Shown in pieces: positions 29,068 through 43,200 of a DNA stretch of 64,000 nt. Each line of letters begins with the position of its first letter. Positions within the stretch are counted from its first letter, which is position 1. A program made the translations under genes and the position numbers. The DNA is from Diplonema japonicum (taxonomy: Eukaryota; Protista; Euglenozoa: Diplonemea): NCBI GenBank assembly GCA_964019335.1, contig OZ025662.1, positions 248,001 to 312,000 of the forward strand. Direction: 5' to 3'. The notes below the pieces were generated by a model. That model did not search any database. It was given only the letters and a program-made list of their open reading frames with translations, and was not told the DNA's origin.

Positions 29068-29720
29068 AAGCGGAGAGAAAAAGCATGGAGCTACTGGGTG
29101 TCGGTGAGCGTGTGTTGAGGGGCGAGGAGAGAAAGTCACAAAGCTACGAAGAGCTTGTGGGTGAGCTGGCATACAAAGAGGTGAACAAGGAGCTGGCAGA
29201 GGAGAGCGAACCGGTCCACGGCTTGCACAGAACACACAAAGGCACTCTGAACCAGGCTTTAGTGTATTTTCGAAGTGCATTGACTCTATATGAACATGAA
29301 TCTTCACAAGACCCTTCAGAGCCCCCATCGCACGCATTAGCTTTGATTTACTATAACATAGGGAGGGCGCTGGGGGATCTTGGAAATCTTTCTGAAAGCA
29401 TGGAATACTTGTCTCGGGCCCTGAGCCTGTTTTCAAAGGTTCAAAATAACCATAGTGGCAGTGAAGCCTTGGCGGAGGCAAAGATGTGCTTTGCTTTAGT
29501 GGCTTTTCGGGATTCGCAGTTCATCATCTCACAGAGGCATTTCCAGGACGCGGCAGCCATTCTAAAAAAGAAACAGCTTAAGACACCTGAAGCCAGGAAT
29601 CGTTATGCGTCGTGCTTGCGGTACATATCGCTGTGCCGTGTGTCAATGGGGAGGAACCCTGAGAAGAGTGCGGACAAGGCCGAGTACCTCAACCTGCAAC
29701 TCTTCACATCCATGTTGTGA
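29064..29720 (+). CDS. TPR-repeat protein
   Basis: ALVYFRSAL, LALIYYNIGRALGDLGNLSESMEYLSRAL TPR consensus. Confidence 0.75.
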
Positions 29721-29810
29721 AATAACAAGAAACGGAAAAAAAAAAAAAATTCTGTGCGATATTTCCCCCCCCTAGATTTTATTTTTTTTAACCCGCGAAG
29801 ACGTATAGTC

Positions 29811-29846
<36 letters not shown>

Positions 29847-29852
<6 letters not shown>

Positions 29853-30375
29853 TTCACTCTTCGTCATTTTCTTCACTCACTAGGGGCCTCATTATTTAAC
29901 GCGAAATCGCCATTATTTAACTAGTTAAATAATGAGATTTTGCAGTTAAATAATGGCCCTTCAGAGTGAAAAAATGGGTCTTGTCGTGGAAAAAAATGCA
30001 CCCAACCCCTTGAAAAATTTTTTTGGGGTGGGGGTATTTTGACTATTTTTGGCCATCTGAGGCCATTCCAGCCCTTAAAAGTGGGAATAAGTGCCTTACT
30101 TCCCCTTTAAATGCCACGGCGAAATAGCTACCCTGTATTACCTTAGGAAAATCCCCAAAAAGCTGACCTGCGTGAAAAAAAACAGCAGTGAAAGCAGTGA
30201 AGAGTGAGTGACTCAAATGACGAAGAGTGAAATAAAACGACTTACTTGCCGCCAAATGAGCCATTATTTAACACTCGTTACCCGTTTTTTTGCACTCGGG
30301 CCCTGCGGGCCCTCGTGCAAAAAATTCGGGAACTCGAGTTAAATAATGACTCATTATTTGTTGGCAATAAATAGT

Positions 30376-30380
<5 letters not shown>
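29847..30380. mobile_element. Non-autonomous palindromic element in a poly(T) tract (Helentron/HINE- or Crypton-like)
   Basis: Perfect 23-bp inverted repeat 29847-29869/30215-30237; ~100-bp palindrome 29872-29970; terminal hairpin ~30246-30367; six CATTATTTAAC copies; T-runs on both sides. Confidence 0.65.
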
Positions 30381-30409
<29 letters not shown>

Positions 30410-31326
30410 GGGATTGTTTTATATCTTAAAAAATTTTTTATCCCTCCTTTTTTTTCCATATTTGTTAGTACCCAGCATTTCTATTGAGGTACTTTCAAAT
30501 TTTTCCTTTTCTCCTTATTCCCTTCTCTTCTCTTCTCTTCTCTTCTCCCCTGTCATTTCCAGCACCTGTCAGTCTTAGAGCCCCGATGGCAGTGGTGCAG
30601 GGAGCCAATCCAGCCGGAGGCCTTGTAGCAGGCAGGTGCGTGTCGCAACTTGTTTTATAATTCACCAAAAAGGAAAAGAAAGAAAGAAAAAAAAAAAAAT
30701 AAACCTCTCTCCCCCTTTCTTTTGCCACGTGTTTTAATACGAAAGAAATTATTTCGTTTCTTTTTGAAGGCTCTCCCAGTTTGTGATGCAATTATTTTTT
30801 TTTTCTTTTTTTTTTTTTTTCCTTTTTTCGCTTTGGTTGTCGCTTACCATACCATTGAGAGAAGGGAAAAAAAAAAAAAAAGAAGTATAAAGGTACTAGT
30901 GCGAGCAGGCCAGTACAACAATAAATACCAGCGTTACCTCCCCGTTCTCTTTTCTTTTGGGGGGTGGGTGGGGCAATTCACTTAATACCACAAGAACAGC
31001 AGAAATTCGTTTCACACCCAAAGGCTAAAAGATTTCTGCATTATGGGGGGGTGTAAATAAACAAAAAAATCGCTCTACATGGGCCACTTTTTAGGAGACA
31101 GAAAAAAAAAGAAACCTTTTTTTTTTTTAAAAATTGTTCTTCTAGACTGATATAATCAGTCCCGGTTCTTCTATAGGTTAAGTGAAATTACCCCCCTTGC
31201 CCCCCCCCCTTTTTTTCTTTTCAACGTCCGTCGCTGTCAGGTCTGTAGTTATTCTTATTGGCAACACTCACTTGTAACGGGAAGAAAAAAAAAAAAAAAA
31301 AAGTACGACCCCCCCATCCCCATTTA

Positions 31327-32796
31327 ATGCTCTACTACGCTGTTATAAAGAGTGTGCGGTTCATTGTTGTGTGTGGGCTCGTGACGGTCGGGGTGGGCTT
31401 CTGGAACATCGATACACGGAATAGCGAGGACACCCCCAAGACGGTAATAGAGGACTGGGGACAATTGGCACTGGAGAAAGACAGAGAGGAGAAGCCCGCT
31501 TCGAAAAAACCGGACACTGAGGAACACAACCCAACGATTGTAGAGGACTGGGGACACCCGACAACCGACAACTCCAAGAACAACGAAACTGTTAAGGATA
31601 AAATCTTCCCAAAAAACAAGGTGGTACAGATGACAGTAAAGGGCAAGGAAGCTCTACCAACTGCACGCTGTGTGCAATGGGAACAACAAGGAAAAGACGG
31701 TCTGTTCAAACTAACGGGTGTACGGGAACTTGATACACGGAAATGTCTTAAAAAACAAAAACTGCTCTTTGTCGGCGATTCTGTCCTGCGGTACACGTAC
31801 CTCGGTATGCTCAGAATGCTTGAAGGAAAGGTGGACAGAGACGAGGTGTCGAAAGAGACCAATGACTTCCTTGTGAACTCGAAGGGTTTTGTAGCATCCC
31901 CCGACCCTCTGGTGCGGTACCACGAACGGAGGACGGATGTCAAAAACGACACCAGCCTTCTATGGCAGAAGGAATGGCGTGACTGGAGCAGTTTCGTCAA
32001 CGGAACAACATCCGCCTTTGACGGAAGAATGTGCTGCGACTGTTACAGGACTCCGTACCCTTACGTTAACAAAATGAAATCGGAGAAGGGTTCCACCATA
32101 AAGGAGAGGAACGTCAAGCACTGGGCGTCCCAACGAGAGAATCGATTCTACTCCAACACGGAGCTTGCTGTCGAAGCCGACTTCTTCTTCATGCATGGTG
32201 ATCATGGCTCGCACGGCGAACTCAGATCCCATTCTTCAAACTGTTCAGAATATCTACAAAACCCCAACATATCCCATTCTTGGACAGGGTTAGCCCCAGA
32301 GCTCTCCAAACACCTAACACCTGGCTACACCACCATCATCGCTAACGCTGGTCTGTGGTATCCAAACTACGTGGGAGAACCAACGAAAGCTATCGCAATG
32401 CTGAAAGCGTTGGAGTCGCTGGGCGTTGGCGGCTCAACACGCCTCATATGGATTAGCACAACCCACACTTGCAACAAGGGTTCCTCCCACAGAGAAGGTG
32501 CCATGCTGGACCATCTGATGTCGCGTGATGCGAATTGGCACTTTCTCGACTTGTATAACATTACACACGACCTCGTTCTCAATAGTATGCAGCAAAGAAT
32601 AAGAGGGGGGTCAGTCGGTAAAACTCATAAATAAACAGAGCTCCAAGTCCCTGAGCGATACGCGTATGGGAAGTCTGTCAAGCTCCACACTTGGCTTCGG
32701 ATAAAGTGTAGCCAAGCTTATGTCGACTCCGTGGGTCATTTCCAGCCCTACTATTACAAGGAGTTTGGGAAAGCCCTGCTTGATCTTGCGTGTTGA
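31327..32796 (+). CDS. SGNH/PC-esterase-like type II membrane protein; intron 32585-32638
   Basis: N-terminal TM, LLFVGDS, ANAGLW; the spliced last exon supplies the catalytic-type D/H motif (YVDSVGHF). Confidence 0.75.
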
Positions 32797-33021
32797 TTCA
32801 TCCTCCCCCCCCCCCTAATTATTTGTCGTTAACCAGTTACACATTTGTTGTTCTTTTCTGATATCTTTTCTAAAAACCGAACTGAACTCCAACCATTTTT
32901 TTTTTTTTTGCCCGTCGTTGACATTATCGGCTTTGCCGTATTCTATTATTTCTTTCAAAAAAAGAAAAAAGGAAAAAGAAATTCCCATTGTTTCAATCTC
33001 AACAGGTGGGGGGTGGGACAG

Positions 33022-36000
33022 ATGCCCCACAGCAGCGAAGGCAGGAGGTTCTACCCTCCTGTACAGCACAAAAAAGCGTCACCTCCACGTCGCAGGGCTG
33101 AACCGATAGAAATCACAGCACATGTAGGATGGACACCCATGAGCGGAAGGGGCAGGGGAGGAAGGATGTACATTGCAGAGGAGACTGACAAGGGGCCTGT
33201 TGAGGTAAGACGTATCGCCTCCTCAAGACATGTGTCCCCTTCCAGCCCTGTAGGGCGGACAGAAGATGCTATCTTGCAGAAACTTGAGAGAATGAAGGCG
33301 TCCAGCAGGGCATATATCGGTGAGACCCCTCTTGTGCCTCAAGGATACTCTAGTCTCGTACGAGAGACTTCCATTGCCAGCAACGCAACGCTCCCCCCGC
33401 AGGTCCTGTCGCCTCGCGATATCACTCGGCACCACTCTCCTATCCGCAGCTCTCGCAACATCCATACCGCTGCTTCTTCCAGCCCTGTTGAAGCATTGAG
33501 AAAGAGAATTGACTTCCCCGCAGTAGACTCCAGAGCGACCTCTCCCATACGAGAGCCACTGCCCCTGATAAAAGACCCGACGCCAGCCATAAGAGAGTCC
33601 ATCACTCTTCCTCTCCCCCCGCTGCCATTGCCCCGGGGGATCACCAGCATGGTTCCGTACACACAACCTGTTCCTGTAGTCTCGGCCGCCGTGCAAGAGG
33701 AGGTGATACAGTCCATGATGGATAAGCTGAGCAGTCACGTGAGTAAGGAGATCGCAATGGGGCTCTATTCACTGAAGGGTGAGATCAATGCTGGTGCGGG
33801 TGCGAAGGCGGGTGTTGAGGGGTTGGGCGACTTGGAGCCCCCAAGCAGTATTGAGGTACCTGCCATGGTCCCTCCGCCACCTCCTATGCCTTATGCCTCG
33901 CGCCATCGAGGCACACCGAGGTCCACACCGGTGAAGACACCTGCTGATACAGGGGCTCCTGTCTGGGGTTACGACGAGCAAGAGTTTCAACCTGCCGACG
34001 CAGCAGTGGTCATCCCCATCTCCCGCCCTGTCACCCCGACTCCCATCCGCGACATGGAGTCCCCTCTCGTGTCGCCAACACGCAAGGTGATTCCTGAGCC
34101 TTTGTTTCCACACCACCTCTCAACCCACGAAAGTTTACCTCAACCCCACCCCTCGCAACCCCAGCCCTCCCAACCCCCTCAATCTCCGCGACCCCTGTTA
34201 CAAGCTCAGCTCTCTCCTCCCAGACCCAAGTCCTTCGCGTCTTCTTGTCTGATATCCCCTACGAAGCCTTGGCGCTTCATTGAGTCACCAAACCGTCCTG
34301 GGGGCACACCCCCTGTGTCGCCGAAGGAAGACGCTCAAGTGCTTCGTGAGCAGCAGTGTCACGATGTTGTCACGTACCGTGGAGAGGTAGAGCATGGGGA
34401 GATGGTGCGTGGAGAGGTGGTGCGCGATCTGCACTTTGGGGAACCCCATGAGAACGGCAACCACGGTCTCGGAACAGTACCCAAGACTGTACTTGAAACA
34501 CACGAAGTCCACGATGCGTGTGAGGCGGACGGGGAGGTATGGCACGAGCACAAGGAAAGCACGCTGCAGGTTCGGCGTCTTCGTGAGCGAGTCATAGAAC
34601 TGGAGGAACAGCTTCGCCAGACGGCACAGCAGCAGATCCTGGCAAACCCGGTATGCAATTTATAAAAAAAAAGAAAAGTCTAATACCATAACAGGAACCC
34701 GAGCGGCCTGAACTGTTCGAACGACAGCAGTTCTTAAGCACTCCCTGTGTTACCGAATTGTTTCGTGATGAACCAGTTGAGATTGAGTTAAGTGAGCACC
34801 ACACGTCCCTTGCTAGTGCACAGCTGGTGCAAGCGGTGCCGGAGCTTTTTGAGCAACAGCACGCGTTTGCCAATGAACGCATGAGACCTGAACTTTTCGA
34901 GTCCCAGAGCGAAGCTCTTGCGGTCAGACCAGCTGAGATGGTCGTCCGTGACATTTCTCAGGAACAAGAGCTTGACGCCACTACTACAGAGTGCCATGTC
35001 GCTCTGCCTGTGCTCAGCGAATTTGTTGCAGAGCTTGCAACGTTCCCCACACCAGTCCACCTTTTTGAACAGGGCGAAGAGATTCGAAACAGATTTCTGG
35101 AAGTGACACTGCTAACCTCCGAGATGCAGTTGCAGCGGTGCCTTGCTCTCGCTAATCTATACGAACACGAGCAACAAGTGTACACAACTCGTGAAGTGCT
35201 TCCTCTCAACGAACACTCCCAAACACTATCATCTGCACTGCCGCCTATTATGCTGTACGAGATACACAACTACATTGCCCCCCTCTACCCAGAGGCTGCT
35301 CCTGTGCCGATGCACCACAGCACTGAAGTGCAGACAGAAGTGACATGTATTTTATGTGAAGGAGCTCACGACGTTCGACACTGCCCGCTTGCGGCAGGGC
35401 CTGGCTTGGGCAATGCCACCTCTCAGACCGATCCGAGGTGTGTGCACTGCGACGACATCGATGCCTCGCATGACTGTCCGCAAGCACCGCCTGTAGTTTC
35501 AACTGGAACTTGTCAGACAGAGACGTCTCTTGGTACCGTGGCATCGCAGACTGATGTTTTTTGCGGTCTTTGCGGCAACACAGGCCACATAGAGAAAGGC
35601 TGCCCGCATGCTGCGCAATCTGCGCCCTGCGGTACACAAACTGAAGCGTTTTGCTCTTTCTGCAAAGAAAGCGGCCACACCGCACACTCATGCCCTTTGG
35701 CACAAGTCAGCACGTGTAGCCTCTGTGGTGTTACAGGACATGAAACACAGCACTGCCACCTGAGTCGTGCAGTCCTTGCGACTAATGGTGTGCAAACAGA
35801 CGTGTTATGTGATGTGTGCAAAATAATAGGACACGATGCCCATCTCTGTCCCGTGGCTCCTGTCTTCGTGCACGGCGGTTGCCAGACGGACGTAGAGTGC
35901 ACTTTATGCAAACGTATTGGGCATGAAGCGAACACCTGTCATTTGCGGTCTGTCTTGGTGGCGTGCGACACACAGACCGAGCCCTTCTGTTCCCTTTGCG

Positions 36001-37233
36001 GCAGTTCAGGCCATGAAGCGCTGCTGTGTCACATGTTGCAGCGTCCCTCCCCGATACTTTCATCAGGCCCTACCCAGACGGACCCCATCTGCAGGCACTG
36101 TGGTGGGACCGAACATGCTGAACACTTCTGTCCTGTGGTACCCCCTCCTCCTGTAATTGTGTCTGGCGGTTGTCAAACGGAATTTGTCCCATGCACCTTC
36201 TGCAAGGGCACTGACCATGAGGTCTACGCTTGTCCCTTTGAACTCCCGACCTGTTCTCTGTGTGGCCATGCGGGTCACGACAAGCATACTTGCCAGATGT
36301 CTCGTCCCGTGCTTGTGGGCCGCGACACGCAAACTGATACCACACAATGTGTAAGTAAGGACCTTCAAGTCGACCTGCACCCCACTTGTGCTTTGTGCCA
36401 CACTGCACATGGAGAGCACGCTTGCCCATTGGCGGTATGCAGTTAGTATCATGTCTTTGTATCTCACCACAGGAACAGGACCACACGCCTGCCGTTGTTC
36501 ATGTTGAGGAATGGTCACAGACGGTATGACTTGTTTTTGCAATGCACGCACCACAGGATAGCCCTATTAGGAGGGCAGGCAGCACGCAGTGGGTTCCTTA
36601 TGACTGGAGCACTAGCGTGGGTTGTCAGGCAGAGCAGTGGGAGAGTGTCCAGGCATCGACGTCACCATTTGATCTGTGCTTGGATGTTCCCAGCAATGCC
36701 TCCGTGTGCATGCAGACGACAGCTGTGGTTCCCTTAACCACAGCGATCCAGACAGACAGCATGCACACCATGCAGGCAATGTCGCAAACGAACGGTATCA
36801 GCCTGGAGGACAGGTGCACTCTTGCTGTGGTGACAACATCCAACACAGGAGTCCAGTGCGAGCTGGTATCTAAACCTCTTGAAACCGTCCAGCCTGAGCC
36901 CACACTGTTTATTTCACCAACAAAGGGTGACGTTGAACCTGTTGCTCTCTCGGTCCATGAAGCAAACCCCATGCTTATGTCGTCAGTAGTACCTCCAGTC
37001 AGTCTGCATGAACACACAACGGAATTAACTTCACCATGGGAGCACAAAGCACCGGTTTTGACTGTGCATTCCGCAATGATGACTTCGCCAAGGAAGCAAG
37101 ATGCCAGCGAACCTGTGAAGATGCAACCTGTGTCCCTTCACGAGCACACCTTTATGCTCAGCTCACCGATGAAGCATAGGGATAGGGTGCCTGCTTCTGA
37201 GCTGGTTGCGCACTCTGCGATGACTAATAAGGT

Positions 37234-37266
<33 letters not shown>

Positions 37267-39133
37267 GATAGAGCGGTTATTAACACTTGATGCGCGACTA
37301 GCAGTGCCCGAGCAGCGGTTTGTGTCAGAAGTACCCGTACAGCAATATAGAAATGAGAAGGTGCAGACCACAGTGGAAAGCACATCTACTGCTGACGTGA
37401 GGCGTATCCTTGACTTGAGCACGTCCACCGACGCAGCTGACTCGAACCAAGGCGACATCCTCAAGGTACCGCCGTCACAGGCTGGGTCTCGAAGGCCAAA
37501 GTCACAGTACTATCGGCAACTGCAGCACGAGGCGGCCAAGACAAAGTCGCCTGCCATGTCGCCCCCGCAGGTCATGGCCGAGGTGCAGGTGAGCACTGCC
37601 ACGCTCCGCATGCGCAGCATCGAAGAAGAGCTTGCTGCTTTGAAAGAGCTCACACGTAAAAGGGTTCATGATTCCGGCAAGTTGTCACCACCGGTGCCTA
37701 AGTTCAACCTCTCGTCCCCCAGAGCACAGTTCAAGAGCAGGATATCACCCACTCGCGACTCGGTGCACACGTCCCCAGCGCAGCCCCGATACGTGTCGCC
37801 AATGAGGATGAGATTAATGGGCTCCCCGCGTGGGAAGATCTCACCGCCACTCGATTCTCCAATGCGAACGGTCGCAATCGGGTCACCTCGAGTAAACCCT
37901 CTTCACTCCCCCCGCCTGCATTCGTTGCACTCGCCTGTGCGCACGTCGTTAGTACCAGATGTGCACGACGTGGCACCCTTGGCCTCCACCTCGGTACCTA
38001 TGCCCCTCACTGCATCTATCATCGCCCCTGTCCCTGTCCTAATTGCAGCCCCTGTTGTCATGGAGTCACCTCCTGTTCCGGCCGCAGCCCCGGTGCAGCT
38101 GCAAGCGGGTTTGCAGTCTCCTGCGAAGAATTGGGACGTAGCACCTGTTTCAGTTTTAACAGCTTTACCTGAAGTGAGTTTGCAGTCTCCCGTGAGGACG
38201 AAGGATTTGACCCCAAGCTTGCCGTTGAGCCTTCCTGTTCCTCTTCCTGTTCCACACGAATCTGCTTTGTATTCCCCAACAAGAAGCCGTGAAGCAAGCA
38301 CGAGCGCGAAGATCGGACAAATGTTCTCACCACCGAGGAGCAGAGACGCATTTGGTGTTAATGAGCAAGGGCTGCAGTCGCCGTTGAGGAACAGGCTGTC
38401 ACTGTCCGATGAGCAGGAGATGAAGTCGCCGAGGCGTCCTGAGGGCCTGGACGTGCGGTCGGGGAGCGTGGTGTCAGATGCCTCGGACGGGCGGTGGGGG
38501 AAATGGTGGGCAGCGAGGAAGATAGAGAATGATGCGGCACTGCAGAAGATGGAAGCACTGAGCTTAGAGACGAGCAGGTTGCAGATGAAGATGGAGGCGA
38601 TGGCCACGGGAAGCAGACTGTCAAGCCCGGTAAGGTACAAGGAAGCAAACACATGGGACATAGATCTGTCAAGGGGGGTCAAGATAAGCGAGAGTGGAAA
38701 GGAAGCAATTGCAGTCGCAGCTGGCATGGCAGGTCACATATTAATCGGTAAGATAGGTGTAGACCTTGCACTACCTGTCGGGATCAGCTCATGGGCAGTC
38801 ACAGTTACACTAGGACGTGCATCTGACAGAGATGTCCTTGTAGGGCTCACAGCAAAGGGTGCTGGGTTCGGCCCCACGTACTTCTACAGAGGCGATGGGT
38901 GCAAAATCGCAGACAATGGCGACGGCATCCAGAAGGGCTCTCGGCACAGCATCCCTCTCCCTAAAGGCGCTTCTGACATTTCATGTTCTGTCGATCACTC
39001 CTTACGCACTGTAACTTTTACTGTGCAAGGCCAGCCTAAAGAAGCCTTCACGATACCCCCACATATCACTACCACTCTCTACCCCATGGTAGTGCTGGGC
39101 ACTACATCGGATGCAGCCTCTCTACGGTTTTGA
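33022..39133 (+). CDS. ~2000-aa protein: Pro/Ser-rich N-terminus, ~12 CCHC zinc knuckles interleaved with QT motifs, C-terminal SPRY-like domain; introns 34651-34694, 36435-36472, 36524-36556
   Basis: Three phase-0 GTATG..CAG introns join ORFs 32845, 34758 and 36542. CX2CX4HX4C repeats; SPRY-like WAVTV..VLVGL..ISCSVDH..VTF..LYPMV. Confidence 0.8.
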
Positions 39134-39481
39134 GGAAGGGCAAAGAGAAATCGTTTCTTGTTAGATGGTTAAACTTATCAACGATACCCCCCTATAAAGA
39201 GGGATTCAAATAAATGTGTCAAAAAAAATAAAATAAAAGAAGATTCTCCTTCCCCCCCAAAAAAGAAGGATAATAAAACCTGTTGTCGAGATATGTATTA
39301 GATTCTTTTTTTCTTCTTCTTTTGGTGAAAGCATTGCCACCCACCCCAATACCCCCTTTTTTTTTCTCTGTTAGATGGATTTTTTATTTTTTTATTTTAT
39401 TTTGTTATTATTATTATTTTTTTTCCTCCTGAGACGAAAGCGAGAAAAAAAAAAAAAAAAAAGAGGGAAACCAAAAGAAAG

Positions 39482-39850
39482 ATGTTGTGCAGCACGAGAA
39501 CGATGGCCGCAGGGCAGAGAAGATTTTTGGGGTCGAGTAAAGTGTTGAGGGAATTGGTGCCGGGCGCGAAGCTGAGCTACGGTGAGGTGCAGGCGTCGCA
39601 GGCAATGCGTACAGTGAACAAGGTGACCCCTGGGAAGTTCTTCATGGTGAACTTTATCGCAGGCGAACAGTCGATTATGTCAATTGCCAACCGAGTGAAT
39701 TCAGTCTTCATTGTCGGTGCTGGCGCGGCGGTGGTGATGCTCTACTGGGGCTCAGCCATCACGTGGTCCTGGGTAACTGCTTCCGCCCTCGTGTTCTCCG
39801 CGGTGTCCATGCACTACCACATTGGCTCGAAGGGTTCCGTGTATGTTGGG

Positions 39851-39892
<42 letters not shown>

Positions 39893-39954
39893 ACAGCCCT
39901 GTTGCAGCGCTCCTCCTTCTTGCTTTCATCTACAAGTGCCACATTGAAAACTGA
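39482..39954 (+). CDS. Small membrane protein, probably mitochondrial; intron 39841-39896 containing A40
   Basis: Removing GTATGT..CCACAG restores a hydrophobic C-terminus (VPVAALLLLAFIYKCHIEN*); Arg-rich presequence. Confidence 0.65.
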
Positions 39955-40293
39955 TGGGAGGTGTATCCGTTCGACTAAAAAAAAAAAAGATTTTTTTTTT
40001 TATCCACAGGAAAAAAAGTGTGTTTTCACCCCCTATTTTTTTCTTTTTTGTTTTCCCCCTAGTTTCATGCCTCCGTACCCTGGGAGGGTGATGAAGCTTT
40101 ATTTGTTACTTTTCGTTGTTCATTTCTTCTTTCTACTTTTGCCCAACCCCCCTCCCCCCCTTTTTTTCATATGTCCATCCCCTTAGTGTCATAGGGTTAC
40201 TATATTATTCTCTTTTTTTTTAAATTCATAATCTTTCTTTTCATGCTTCAAAAGAGAAAACGGGAATTACAAAAAAAAAGAAAAGAAAAATAA

Positions 40294-43200
40294 ATGAATA
40301 TCTCACAAGACGTTGAAGGGGCGCAGACGTCTATAATTGAGTTTTTAAAGAAGGACCTTGACAGGCTGAAAACCTTGAGGAGTGCAGGGGGCGCGGGGCC
40401 GGTTGCGACAAAGAAGTTCCAGTCGAATGTGAAAAAAATACGCCAGGCGCTGTTCAACGAAGAGGGCTTGGAAGGAATTGAAGGAGAAGTGGCCTTACAA
40501 GAGTCAACCTGCCGAACCAGTACCACAAAAAGACACGCTGCCCCAATTGTGGTACTTGATGAACCGGTTTCTACCATGATGAGCACAGGTAGAGAGAAAT
40601 GGAAAGTTGCTAAAAAAAAAGTCAGCCCGCTTGTCTTAGCCTTTCGATCACCTCGTCACCGTAGCCTGCACGAAGAGGACGAGGACGAAGAAGAACGCTC
40701 GGAGGTGCACCTCCCCACCAACACCCTTGCACCACAAGATCTTCGTTCTCGCAACATTGTAACACCCCCTCCTGTGAGCCCTGCAGATAAACGACATCTC
40801 GTGGCCACCGCAGAGTCGTGTCATAAGCAACGCGCTGCATTTGAGCTCAAAATCCACGAGCTTCACAGTGTCATCGAACACTTCAAAGAGTTGGAACGAA
40901 CCGACCTCCTAGGCGACATCAAACTGCTTAAAGCTGAGAACAGATTCTTTCGGAAGGAACGTATAGAACTTTACCGGAAGCTATATGGTCGGTTTCTCAA
41001 AGGAATGGGGGTGGTGACACCGCTATGGGACGAGGATGAGGAATCTGCGGCGGCGGCGCAGGGCTTCGAGCAGAAGACGTTGGAGATGAAGGATGAGCTT
41101 CAAAAGGAGAAAGAACGTGCACGTAAGGCCGAACGGCAGTTTCGCGACCAGCTTGATGGTCTGGACGCCGTCTGTCGCTCCTGGCAGATGCGGCATACGA
41201 AGCTCTTGAAGTGCATTAAGTCGCTTGAGCAGAATTCGATGTTGGCTTTCGACTTCGACGCACCGAAGCCCACCCGCAACGTGGTGTCGGACAACTACCA
41301 AGCCACCATCGCCTCGATGGAAGATCAGTTCGCAAGGCAGATCAGCATCTGCGAGCAAGAAAACGAACACCTCAAATCGCAAGTAGACAAAGCACGACGC
41401 ACCATAAACGGCCATGATGTTGTCGATCTCGAGGCAGTCGCCAAGCACACTTCTCAGCACCTCCTACAAGAAGAACAGGCAGCATGGGAGTCACTCAACA
41501 TGTTTATGTCACATGAACGTGAAGTCGTCAGTTATGACACCAGAATCAGTACTCTGTTGGACGATAAGTTCGAAGCCCTCAACCAGCTGAACTCCGCACG
41601 TGTAGACCCGTTCTCCCATGCTCACGTGTCTGCCGACTTCACTGAAGAAAAGATGGGCGACATCGTGCAGGAGAGTGGCATGAAGATCTCCCTCGACAGC
41701 GTGTTCAGTGACTCACTTGAGGAACTCCTCACCAATGCATCGCGCGGCTTCTGTGAGTCAGTCGGCACCATACTGGACAAAGTGAAGATGCTGTCCCCTT
41801 ATCTTGCGAAAGACGAGGCTCAAGACATCTTCGACAACGTGGCAACAACCGCTTCCAAAGCAGTGCCCTCGTTCATAAAGCACCTGCAGCAAGGGCTGTC
41901 TTCGGTGCTGGCTACTGAAGAGAAGCTTGCGCCTGTTCTGAAGAACGTCAAAGCACCACCACGGACGTCGTTTTGTGCCAGCTCACTGCGAGCTGACCAG
42001 GTTTTGCAGGTCGCGGACTGCGCCGTCGAAGACGAGGCAGAGCGGCCGCAAGCGCAACGCAACAAGGGACCCGCAAACCCTGGTCAGCCTGCCTTCAGGA
42101 ATACCCAGGGCTTTGGGCAAACCCAGCAGGCCACTCCACCGGCTACTTTCGCAAGGGAGGAGATCCACCCACGCCCACGTACAAAGTCAGAACTATCACA
42201 CTTCGGGTCTGCCATGGTGAGCGAGTTCATGAACAGCTTATCGAACTCAGACGCAGAAGCACCTCCCGACCTCAACATGGACATGCACATTGAGGTGCCC
42301 GACACCCTCAACTTCAGGGACGGCAGCGACTACGAACGAGTTGATCTGTTCGACACACAACACAGCCCGAAATCGAAGCAGCGGTCTAACAGCATAACAG
42401 AGGTTGTGCAAGCAAGCCCACATTCACAGGGCTCACAAGGACATCCTCTGCTGGGTAGAAGGGTGTCTATTCAAGATACTGACGTTGAAAAATATGATGA
42501 CACTTTCAATCTGGTGGACACACCGATGGATATACAAGTGACGATTGGTGATCACAAACGTGAAGAGAAGGACAAGGAAAAGGAGGGCGAGAGGGAGAAG
42601 GAAAAGGAAAAGGAAAAGGAAAAGGAAAAGGACAAAGAGAAAAAACCGTCGAAAGCTGTGGTCCACAAGAATAAAATCAACAGCAGAATGAAGATGGCCC
42701 TCCCTGCCATAAGGAAGCTGAGCTCCATGAGGATGCGGCCTGTGTCGCCACACAGTGTCAAGCCAAAGAAGTCTGAGGTGCTGAAGGTAGTTCGGCACGT
42801 GGGGGTGCAAGTGGATGACCTTGTCTTGCAGCGGCTTATTGGAGGGATGGCAACGGGGCAAAACCCTCAGGCTCAGGTGGCCACCCCGAAATATCAAGGG
42901 CGCCAAAGGTCTAGGAGTGAACCGTCTGTCGCAGCAACCATCAGTAGACCGCTGTCAGGTTCAAACCGGCCACAGTCGGCTTCAGGAGGCAAGAATGCAA
43001 TGGAACGCTTGAGGGCGTTCCACCATGTGGCAAAGGGCGACACCGAGTGGCTAGCGTTGCGTCGCAAGATATGCACAATGCTCGTCGACAGCATTGACAA
43101 GATAGCAACGCAGACCCGCCCTGTTCGCGCGTCTGCCTCTCCGAGTGTTGCTGTCCATCCAATGCTCTCGTCATCGTCCGTCTTTGTTGCGTCTCCTTTC

